A stretch of DNA of 20,000 bases from Lama guanicoe (GCA_013239625.1 MU053396.1:48432-68431), one strand, 5' to 3'. Counted from the stretch's first letter, positions 1 to 8,829 are shown. Made by a program: numbers and translations. The notes: generated from the letters alone by a model not told the origin.

Positions 1-9
1 GAGGCTTGC

Positions 10-46
10 AAAAATGTAAAAATGTAAAAATGTAAAAATGTAAAAA
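10..46. repeat. Short tandem repeat (AAAAATGT) x ~4.6
   Basis: AAAAATGT units read directly at 10-17, 18-25, 26-33 and 34-41, plus a partial unit. Confidence 0.9.
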
Positions 47-122
47 GCTTCACCTTCTCACTACCATGCTTATTTTGGGAAATAGTCATTGTTCGTATTA
101 AACGCAGTGGGATATTAATATT

Positions 123-645
123 TGTTGCAGCCAGCGCAACAATGGCTCCTGTAAACAGACAGGCGACACAGCCCTTATGAAAAACAGACACAAGAGTAAG
201 ATAAAAAATGGGACCAGGGGAGTCAAGACCTCATGAATCAAGAGCCCTGAATGCCCAGTCTGCATCATATTTATTATGATTCTCTAGCAGGAAATAACCT
301 AAGAGTAGTTTAGAGGGTGACTGAAGCCTAGTAGCAAGCACCAGGCCCCCAGCGCTCTAGGTTAGTTATTAAAAGATAGTCATCGTCCTGTCTCCTCCTG
401 GCTTCATTCTTCCAACTTGTGAATTGGTCAGGTCTGTGTCACAGACAGCCTTTTGACCTCCCTTTAGCAAAGGCAGAGTGTAAATGCCAGAGCAGTTTTC
501 TGCTCATGTTTGCTCAGTTTTCTGAGACTAACATCATTTGCCTCCAGGAAGCATCTGGTTTCTGTTTAACAGTCTTAAGCTGTTAAAGGGAATTTTGTAT
601 ACTAGTTATTCTTTAGGAGACATCACATTGTTCTGTATTCCCACG
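123..645 (-). mobile_element. Solo LTR (523 bp), probably ERVK/betaretrovirus-like
   Basis: Begins TGTTG at 123 and ends CCCACG at 645 (minus strand reads CGTGGGAA, i.e. TGTGGGAA with one substitution). Flanked by a perfect 6-bp direct repeat AATATT (117-122 and 646-651). Minus-strand AATAAA at ~269-274. A 6-bp TSD is typical of class II ERVs. Confidence 0.7.
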
Positions 646-667
646 AATATTTACCTAAGTGAATTAT

Positions 668-785
668 TTAAATTGAAGTGCTGTCAATTACAACGTGTCA
701 ATCTCTGGTGTACAGCACAATGTCCCAGTCTTACATATACATATATATTCGTCTTCATATTTTTTCCATTAAAGGTTATTATGAT
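668..785 (-). mobile_element. 5'-truncated LINE-1 3'-end fragment
   Basis: ATTGAAGT..CAATTACAA..TCTGGTGTACAGCACAATG..CATATACATATATATT..CATATTTTTTCCATTAAAGGTTATTA resembles the reverse complement of cetartiodactyl L1 3' ends (recalled similarity, not searched). Confidence 0.6.
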
Positions 786-1058
786 TTTTTAAATTTAACA
801 GTATTATTCCTAGTATGGAAAATATCGATAGAAGTAGCCACGGAAACAACATTATCATCCTTAAGGTGTTCCTAACTTGGAAGACTGTATAGATATTCTG
901 ACCAAAAGCTTTGAAAACCTGGGACAGGACTCAGTGAGATGATGTGAAGAACAGCTCTCAGTGCAGGAGGGGTGGGATCACAGCAAAGTCCCAGTTCCCC
1001 GGGAGGCCGTGGCTCTCGGGGGTGGAGGGGTCTCATCGAGGGCGGGGACGATCTGTGC

Positions 1059-1175
1059 TGGGGATGCCCCATATCCCGGGGCCTTCCTGCCTGGACACCC
1101 GTGACGCGGTACCAGTTCTCACTCCCATCGGTGTCGCGTTTCTAGAGAAGCCAATCGGTTTCCACTTACAAACTC
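1059..1175 (+). promoter_or_regulatory. Degenerate MHC class I proximal promoter
   Basis: Enhancer A kB1-like TGGGGATGCCCCA (1059-1071; consensus TGGGGATTCCCCA), X1/X2 CCTGGACACCCGTGACGC (1090-1107), mutated Y box ATCGG (1127-1131; consensus ATTGG), and TCTAGAGAAGCCAAT with CCAAT at 1151-1155. No ISRE between enhancer A and the X box. Confidence 0.85.
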
Positions 1176-1217
1176 AGCATGCGCCTGTTCTCACTCTGGT
1201 TCTCGCAGACTTTCAGG

Positions 1218-1290
1218 GTGAGGATCTGGTGGCCCTGAACCCTTCTCCTGCTGCTCGCCGAGGCCCTGGCCCTGACCCAGACCTCGGGGG
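1218..1290 (+). pseudogene. Exon 1 (leader peptide), disabled
   Basis: Canonical 73 bp. Start codon is GTG instead of ATG (1218-1220), with an in-frame TGA at codon 7 (1236-1238, usually CGA), followed by TLLLLLAEALALTQT and a GTGAGT donor at 1291. Confidence 0.9.
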
Positions 1291-1603
1291 GTGAGTGCAG
1301 GGTTGGGAGGGAACGGCCTCTGCGGGGGAGGAGCAACCCCCTACCCCCGCGCCCCGGGGTAGCGAGGGCACGACCCCCGGGGAAAGTGCGACGTCGCCGC
1401 CCCTCGCCCAGACCCGTCACCCCATCTCTAACGCTCCCACTCCGCTCTCCCACCCTGAGGTCCTGGCCCGTTTTCCACCTGCCACCTCTTTAACGTCTAG
1501 CGAGCCCTCTCATCCCCGCCCCGCTTTCGCCCCTTCAACATCAGATCCTGGGACCCGTGCCCGCAGGAGGGTCGCGCAGGTTCTCACCCCTACCCGCCGC
1601 CAG

Positions 1604-1868
1604 GCTCCCACTCCATGAGGTATTTCGAAACGGGGGTATCCCGGCCTGGCCGCAGGGAGCCCTGGTACATGGAAGTCGGCTACGTGGATGACACGCAGTT
1701 CGTGCGCTTCGATAGTGACGCCCGGAATCCGAGGATGGAGACGCGGGGGCGTGGGGCAGGAGCGGCCGGCGTATTGGAATCGGGAGACACGGAGAAGCAA
1801 GGAGGACGCACAGATTTTCCGAGTGGGCCTGAACACCCTGCGCGGCTGCTACAACCAGAGCAAGGCCG
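1604..1868 (+). pseudogene. Exon 2 (alpha1 domain), disabled
   Basis: CAG|GCTCCCACTCCATGAGGTATTTC start. 265 bp versus the canonical 270, from a 5-nt net deletion/frameshift near 1747-1756. Donor is CTGAGC instead of GTGAGC at 1869. Confidence 0.93.
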
Positions 1869-2130
1869 CTGAGCGACGCGGGCCCGGATCCAGGTCACGA
1901 TCCCCATCCCCAGGGACTGGACGGGGACCCCCCCCGGGTCTCCAGGCCGAGGGTCACCGAGACATTCCGCGACCCGCCTGGCCCTCGACCCGGGAGTACT
2001 CAACGGGTCTTTCACCGGGTTTCATTTTCGGTTTAGGTTGAATCACCGCTGTTGGTCAGGCCAGCTGCCGGGTTGACCGCGGAGGTGGGGCTGAGTGGGC
2101 GGGGCTGACCCGGGGCGGGGGCGGGGGCGG

Positions 2131-2331
2131 GGTCTCGCACCTATTAGGATAGGTAAGGCTGCGACCTGGGGCCGCACGACCTGGACCGCGCGGACCCTGC
2201 GGCTCAGATCACCCTGCGCAAGTGGGAGGCGCGGCCGGTGGCGGAGCAGGAGAGGAACGACCTGGAGGGCACCTGCGTGGAAGGGCTCCGCAGACACCTG
2301 GAGAACAGGAAGGAGACGCTGCAGCGCGCAG
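2131..2331 (+). pseudogene. Exon 3 (alpha2 domain), disabled
   Basis: Acceptor is GG rather than AG (2129-2130). In-frame TAG (2145-2147) and TAA (2154-2156). 201 bp versus the canonical 276, i.e. ~75 bp missing after GCDLGP at ~2174. Donor is GA instead of GT at 2332. Confidence 0.9.
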
Positions 2332-2901
2332 GAACCAAGGGCCGCGGGGCCTCCACGATCTCCCCTCGGGCTGGAGCTCGAATCCCACGAGGAGAGGGAG
2401 ACGGGATCCGTAGGGCACAGAATATACATAGTGACTCGCCAGTGCCTTGATTTTCTCTAAAGGACAATTAAGGAATGCAGCCTCTTCTGGGAGGAAGTGG
2501 GAGACCATCCCTGAAATTAACTGATCAGCTGTGCCCTTTGCTCCAGGCCGCCATCCTGTGAACCATGACTCTCTCTCAAAGCCTGTTCTTAGCCTGAGAA
2601 CACCTTTGGATCCTGACTCCAGCTTTCCTAACATATTCACCCTCCACCCACTCAAGACCATTAGTCTGTATTTCTCCTCTTGCACTCCTGAAGCCTCCTG
2701 TGTTGACTCTCAACCCGATTCTATACTTTGAAAGCAATACGAGGTATTCCCATACCCACCCAGTCCAGGCTGGTGTCCCAGGTTTGTGCTGCTTCTTTTC
2801 AAACCCATTGTCCTCTCTCTTCTCAGGACTGTCACCTGATGGTGCTTCAGTGACCAAAGGAGGTAATCTAAAGTCTTTATGTTCTGATACTCTTTGCTCA
2901 G

Positions 2902-3177
2902 ACCATCCAAAGACCCATGTGTCCCGCCACCCCATCTCTGACCATGAGGTCACCCTGAGGTGCTGGGCCCTGGGCTTCTACCCTGCGGAGATCTCACTGA
3001 CCTGGCAGCGCGATGGGGAGGACCAGGCCCAGGACACGGAGCTCTTGGAGACCAGGCCTGCGGGAGACAGGACGTTCCAGAAGTGGGCGGCCCTGGTGGT
3101 GCCTCCTGGAGAGGAGCAGAGATATATGTGCCACGTGCAGCATGAGGGGCTTCAGGAGCCCCTCACCCTGAGATGGG
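2902..3177 (+). pseudogene. Exon 4 (alpha3 Ig-C1 domain), open frame
   Basis: Canonical 276 bp with AG/GT intact. Reads [91 protein letters not shown] with both Cys present. Confidence 0.97.
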
Positions 3178-3295
3178 GTGAGGAGGGAAACAGGGGGTGG
3201 AGCTTCTTCTCAGGTAAAGCAGAAGCCCTTCTGGTGACCTTCAGCAAGATTGGGACTCAACCCTGAGGTCAGGGCCTGTTCCCTTCTCTTTGCAG

Positions 3296-3409
3296 AGCCG
3301 TATCCTCAGCCATCCGTCCCCATCATGGGCATCACTGTTGGCCTGGTTCTCTTTCTGGTCGCTGCAGCTGTGGTGGTGGGAGTTATGATCTGGAGGAAGA
3401 AGTGCTGAG
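3296..3409 (+). pseudogene. Exon 5 (transmembrane)
   Basis: EPYPQPSVPIMGITVGLVLFLVAAAVVVGVMIWRKKC then TGA (3406-3408). AG/GT intact. Confidence 0.93.
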
Positions 3410-3840
3410 GTAGGGAAGGGAGGAGGGGATCTGAGTTTTCTTGTCTCACTGGGGATTCAGGCCCAGGTACAAGTCTGCCTGCCTCCTTACTGGGAAGAAC
3501 CATCCACACACACATGCTTGCCATTCTGGAGCTGAGTGCTAGCACTGACTCTTTATAAAGCATGTGTGAAAATGAAAGACAAATTTTTCACCTTGATAAT
3601 TCTGCCTAGGGACCAGTTTCCCAGCAGTCAGATGTCAGAGGGGAAGGTCCCCACTGAGGACAGACTTCTGGGAGGACAGTTGGCCCAGTCCTCCCACATC
3701 TTTCTTCATGTTCCTGATCCTGTCCTGGATTACTAGTCACAGATCTGGAAAGTTCTCTGTGGTCCAGAATTAGGGGGTTTTCTAGGAACTCATGACTCAG
3801 CTTTCTTCCTAGCCTCCCATAGGATGTTTTCTTCTCACAG

Positions 3841-3873
3841 GTGAAAAAGGAGGGAGCTACACTCAGGCTGCAA
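3841..3873 (+). pseudogene. Exon 6 (cytoplasmic)
   Basis: Canonical 33 bp, GEKGGSYTQAA, flanked by TCTCACAG and GTAAGT. Confidence 0.93.
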
Positions 3874-3886
3874 GTAAGTATGGAGT

Positions 3887-4296
3887 TGTTACGGAAATGA
3901 CAGGCCAGCCAAGAAACAAGCACCACTCGGAGGGTTGGAGTACTCAGATTTATTACGCTGGCGGGCTCAGAGGGGCTTCTGCTCCAAAGCTCTGAGCACC
4001 TCCAAGACGTGCACATGAGGTTTTATAGGGTTAAGTACAAGTATGGGGCTATTAGCCAATAAGGCTCAAACAACAAAAAGCAAGGAATCAGTACACTGGA
4101 GCTTATCAATTTGGAACAGATCACGTTACTGACACTTGTTGAGCTTGGATTCATGACTTAGCTTGTTAGCCCAGTAAACTGACATTAAACTTCAGATTTA
4201 CGAGTTAGCCCGGCAGAACTTATATCAGTAAACCGACACTTATCACACTTAGATTTGTGACTTAGCTCGTTAGCCCAGCTAGGCTTTTCCTTCACA
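3887..4296 (-). mobile_element. 3' LTR of provirus
   Basis: 410-bp direct repeat of 8830-9239 (8 mismatches by manual comparison). Minus-strand TATAAAA at 4021-4027 and AATAAA at 3949-3954. Adjacent to the PPT. Confidence 0.96.
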
Positions 4297-4785
4297 TTCC
4301 CCCCTCTTGATGCTTTCACAACCCTTGTTGGAGTAAGCATCATCATTTACCTGTTGCAGGGGCTCATAATTGGAGGCTAACATCTGAAGTTTTATAGCCT
4401 CTATTTGCTCACTGACAAAGCGGGTCAGGAAGTTTAGGACACAGGGCCCAAACAGCAGAACTGCAAAAATCAGGAGTAAGGGACCTATGAACGGTGCCAG
4501 CCAGGTCAGCCCCAGGGGCCTGTCCATGGGCTCTTATCTAAAATATGTTTTTTCTTTTTCACTCGGTCTTGTAACTCTTGAACCATTTTTCTGACAATTC
4601 CTGATTGATTGGCATAAAAACAACACTCTTCGTTTAGGAAGAGGCATAGTCCCCCCTCTTTGGCCGTGAGTAAGTCCAGGCCCCTCCTGTTTTGTAAGAC
4701 CATCTCGGCCAGAGAGTCAGTCTGATTTTGCAGAGTTCCCAGGGTTTCTGCTATTTGTTGGAGATCGTGGCTGAATTCACATTTA
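4279..4785 (-). pseudogene. env: env remnant (TM subunit only)
   Basis: Heptad DLQQIAETLGTLQNQTDSLAEMV, immunosuppressive domain LQNRRGLDLLTAKEGGL, CX6CC (CLFLNEECC), then after a frameshift near 4510-4530 the membrane anchor WLAPFIGPLLLIFAVLLFGPC. SU, furin site and fusion peptide are absent. Confidence 0.93.
4297..4308 (-). other. Polypurine tract
   Basis: Minus strand reads AAGAGGGGGGAA immediately before the TG of the 3' LTR. Confidence 0.92.
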
Positions 4786-4805
4786 ACAGCTGCGTTGAGC
4801 TTTCC

Positions 4806-7294
4806 TCAGGCTTCGGCCGTGCGTTGACTAGCCAGCTTCCGGGTGTGGCTAGAGCAGGGCTGGTCGATCTTTTTCTGGTCCCTCTTGATCTTGATCTTGA
4901 GCGGGTCTCCCGGGACACTCTGAATTTTTCAGGGACCCTCCGTCTGAGGTGCAGTCGCTCTCTTGATCCTGGAGTGGTGGATCCAAGGGATGATTTCTGC
5001 AACTTTAACAGCTGTAGGAGTAGTTAATACCACTAAATATGGCCCCTTCTATGTTGGCTTGGGAGGTTTCTTTTTTTAATCCTTTATCCATACCTGGTCA
5101 CCTGGTTTGTGGGGATGCACTTGGACCTGTAATGAAATGGGGTTTTTTTTTATTACCCAACCCCAAACTTCTCGTAGTACTTTTTCTAGTCCCAACAGTT
5201 GTTGGTGGAGCCCTACATTTTCTATTTTTGGGGTGGGATTTCTCATCCTGATTAAAGGTGGCTATCACCCATAGAGGATTTTAAAGGGAGAGTACCCAAT
5301 ATTAAATCTTGGGGTGCATCTAATTCGCGACAGAGCCAGGGGTAGAATGTCCACCCAGGGGAGCTGGGGTTTTTTGGCTGATTTTAGCTATCATTTGTTT
5401 TAGAGTTCTGTTCATTTGTTCTACCTTCCCTGAGCTTTGAGGCCGGTATGCTGTGTACAGGTTTCAGCGGATGCTCAGTGCCTTTGCCACTTGCTGTACA
5501 ATTTTTGCCACAAAGGCGGGTCCATTATCAGACCCGATGGAGGTAGGCATTCCAAATCGAGGGATAACATTCCTGAGGAGAGCCTTTGTCATTTTTTTTT
5601 TTTTTTGCTTTTTCTGTCCTGGTGGGTTAGGCCTTTACCCACCCTGTGAAGGTGCAGACGAAAACCAGCAAGTACTTATATCCCTTACTGGGCCCAAGTT
5701 TAGTAAAGTCCATTTCTAAATCTTCAAAGGGAGCCAACTCACATCCTTGTATTCCCATTGGCCCAGTTAGCCCTTGTTTTGGATTGTTTTGTGCACAGAG
5801 CAAGCAGCGTTGGGAAACTGATGCACACAGAGTAGGGAGACGAGAAATTAGGAAATATCGCTTTAAGAGGGCCTCCAAAGCCATTTTTCCCATATGTGTG
5901 GCTTTGTGTTGTTGTTGGACTAAACGATAAGCTAGTCATTCTGGGATGAAAACCCTTCCATCCGTCATGATCCATCATCCGTCCTTTTCTTTCTTTTTTC
6001 GTTTAGCCTATGCCCACTTGTTTCTGTCGTGGCTATATTCTGGGGCAGTGGGTAGCTCTGGCGCTGCCATAACTTTAATTACTGAGTGTTCCCGGGCAGC
6101 TGCTTCTTTGTCTTTTGATCAGCTAGCCTGTTCCCCTGGCTCACAGGGTCATTTCCTCTTTGGTGTCCCTTACAGTGAATAATGGCCACTTTCTTTGGAT
6201 CCCATACTGTCTCCAGTAACTGTAAAATTTCTTCTTTGTTTTTGATTTCTTTTTCCCCAGCAGTCAAAAGTCCTCTTTCCTTATAGATGGCTCCATGTAC
6301 ATGCAAGGTTGCAAATGCATATTTGGAATCGGTGTATATGTTGACTCATTTTCCTTTCCCTTTACTTAGTGCCTGGACCAGTGCCCAGATCTCTGCTTGC
6401 TGAGCAGACCATCCTGGGGGAAGGGACTCTGCCTTTATTACCTCTCGGGTTATTGTTACAGCGTAACCTGCTTGCCGTTGTCCATCTTGCATGTAACTGT
6501 TGTCGTCTGTGAAAAGTTCCAGGTCTGGGTTTTGCAGGGGCTTGTCGGTTAGATCAGGCCTGCTTGCATACACCTCTTCAATGATTTCTTCGCAGTTGTG
6601 GTCAGGTTGCCCTTCCCCTTCAGGCAAATATGTGGCTGGGTTTAAGGTTTGCACAGTCTCTAGACGGACTCTTGGATTTTCACATAGAAGCCCCTGGTAG
6701 TGGGTCATTCTTGTGTTAGTTACCCACTTGTAACCTGGGCCATTTATCAGGGCCACCACAGAATGGGGCACTTTTACATTTAAAGTCTGTCCCAGTGTGA
6801 GTTTGTCTGCCTCGTTGACCAGGAGGGCTGTGGCAGCGAGGGCCCGTAAACAGGGTGGCCATCCTGATGCTACAGGACCCAGTCTTTTAGACAAATGGGC
6901 CACAGGTCGCTGCCATTGCCCCACGTTCTGAGTCAGGACTCCAAGAGCGGTTTGGTCTCTTTTATGTACAAACAGATTAAGCTCTCGTGTTATATCTGGT
7001 AAGCCTAGTGCTGGGGCTTGGGTTAGCAGTTCCTTTAATTGCCTAAAGGCATTTTCTTGTTTAGTTTTTCATTTGAGGGTTTCTTTTCCTGATCCAGCAG
7101 TTGCTTCGTAGAGGGGCTTGGCTATTTTTGAAAACCCGGGGATCCAGATCCAGCAAAACCCAGCTGCGCCCAGGAACTCTCGCAGTTTTCTTTTTGTTTC
7201 CGGTCTGGGTATGAAGCAAATGACTTGTTTTTGTTCTGGTCCTAGGGCTCGATGTCCCTCTGAGATAATAAATCCCAAGTATTTGACTGTCTTT
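4806..7294 (-). pseudogene. pol: pol remnant: RT thumb/connection, RNase H, integrase
   Basis: [74 protein letters not shown]; integrase H/C..C, DFT, SDNGPAF, AYRPQSSGKVE and [15 protein letters not shown]. Interrupted by stops and frameshifts, with the RT catalytic core deleted. Confidence 0.95.
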
Positions 7295-7640
7295 TTGGCC
7301 TGGACCGGCAGAGCTACTAATATCTTGTATTGTCCAGGTCCATTTGAGCAAAACCGAATCCATGGGGGTAGAGTCTGGGTGATATTCAGCCAGGAGTCAA
7401 TGTAAGGGAATTGATCTCGGTGGTCTGGGGTTCCAGTGATTATTTGATAGACTGCTCGCACTGTTGCTAGATCCAGAGTTCCTCCTGAGGGCCACCCGAC
7501 TCAAAAGGCCGGCCATTTAAGCTCACACAAAGTGCTGAGTCTGCCAGGGGTCATTTAAATTTCACAGTCTCCTGAAAACCCCTCTTTGAAATTTTTAATC
7601 ATGAGTCTAGAGTGGTGGGTTTTGACTTAGAGCCTCCCAC
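7295..7640 (-). pseudogene. gag: gag remnant (matrix only)
   Basis: (GTG)GGSKSKPTTLD..MIKNFKEGFSGD..LCELKWPAF*VGWPSGGTLDLATVRAVYQIITGTPDHRDQFPYIDSW..LPPW is a gamma-like p15 MA. Contains a frameshift and stops. Confidence 0.88.
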
Positions 7641-8465
7641 TTTTTTTAGATGTTTAAAGATAACAGATCTGTTGCTTTAGATGCTTGGGAAGGTAGTCTT
7701 TATATCTCTTTTTTTTCTTTACTCCTTAAAACACCGGAGTTCCCAGAGAGACTGCTCTCTTGCTGGGTCTATGAGTTGTCTGAAGGCTAATTTGGTCAGG
7801 GACTCTGGGTTCCAGTCACAGCTGATGTCTCTGGATCTCAAGGCCTCAAGCAGTTCCAGGGACTTCCTTCATTAAATCTTCTCTATATCCTGAACTAACA
7901 TATCAGGGGCGTGGGACTGACAGCAGATGGTAAAACAAATGGACTAGAAAAGGGATCTCCGAGGCCGGGTGAGCCCGGTCCCGAAGGAATTCGTCTTCTA
8001 AACTTGATTCCTGGGGGTCTGAGGCTAGGCAAAAGGGGCACTACTTGGGTCAGTTCAGTAGGGGAACAATAAGTCTCAGGTGTTCTGTGACAGAATCAGG
8101 TAGGAGATTTTCTCAAAGAAATAGCATCCTAGACTCCGAGGGCACAGGGGCGTTGACTCATTGGCTGTCTATGTCCTTTTCCCTCCCAGTGTAGCCACCC
8201 TGTGCCGGTGTCGCAGACAAGACAAGGGAGGGTTTTCGTTGCGTCCACCTGGCTGCTCCCCTCGCGGGGACGAAGGTGCCTCTTAGCTTTGGCGGGTCAG
8301 TATAAGCCGCTGACTCCGATCGGGACCCTGAGGGACCGATACCGCCCTGAGCCTTATGAGGTCACCATGGAACCGCAGGTTGGGACTCACTCGAACTCCA
8401 TAGCAGAATGCCGTGGAGCTACAAACTCGAGCCTGATCGCATGCTTCACAGGCCGCTCATTCATT

Positions 8466-8487
8466 CACACACACACACACACACACA
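8466..8487. repeat. (CA)11 microsatellite in the proviral leader
   Basis: Read directly. Same length in the second copy (16998-17019). Confidence 0.9.
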
Positions 8488-8807
8488 GAGGTTAACAACA
8501 GTCCTCCCACCAATTCCAATATCCTGTTTCCTGTAGGAGGGGATCAGCCTCCTCTTCTGTCCACTGGGACAGGACCTGATTCCTCCCGGGGGATTCTACC
8601 TTGTCCGGACGGCCACCTGGTGAGTCTGTCCGTCCCTCCATGGAGTCTGGCTCTGGTTGTAGCCCAGCCACCCAGGGGGGCTGAGTTGCTGTCACGAAGG
8701 AGAACCCGGAATACCGTCGGGCGGCGCCATCTCGTTCGCTGCCGGAATCCCGTCCCCCGGTTGGCCAGAGCCACCAGTCCAGGGGCTCAAGGGGCCGGCG
8801 TGGTTGT

Positions 8808-8825
8808 ATCTCGCTGGGGCCTCCA
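8808..8825 (-). other. Primer-binding site complementary to tRNA-Thr(UGU)
   Basis: Plus strand ATCTCGCTGGGGCCTCCA equals the 3' 18 nt (including CCA) of mammalian tRNA-Thr(UGU) as recalled. It lies 4 nt from the 5' LTR end. Confidence 0.88.
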
Positions 8826-8829
8826 GAAA

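Noticed and set aside
1..122. Possible hAT-Charlie DNA transposon fragment
   Set aside because: Only a weak recalled resemblance over short AT-rich sequence, which cannot be supported without a search.
872..2685. Numerous Pro/Arg/Gly-rich ORFs on both strands
   Set aside because: Expected in a GC-rich CpG island. They are alternative frames of the MHC exons and introns.
2700..3266. 188-aa ORF containing alpha3 as a stand-alone gene
   Set aside because: It starts at GTG in intron 3 and runs into intron 4. It is exon 4 plus chance open intronic flanks.
4279..4785. Co-opted syncytin-like env gene
   Set aside because: No signal peptide, SU, furin site or fusion peptide, and it is frameshifted before the membrane anchor.
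8808..8825. tRNA-like sequence ending in CCA
   Set aside because: Only 18 nt and adjacent to the LTR, so it is a PBS, not a tRNA gene.
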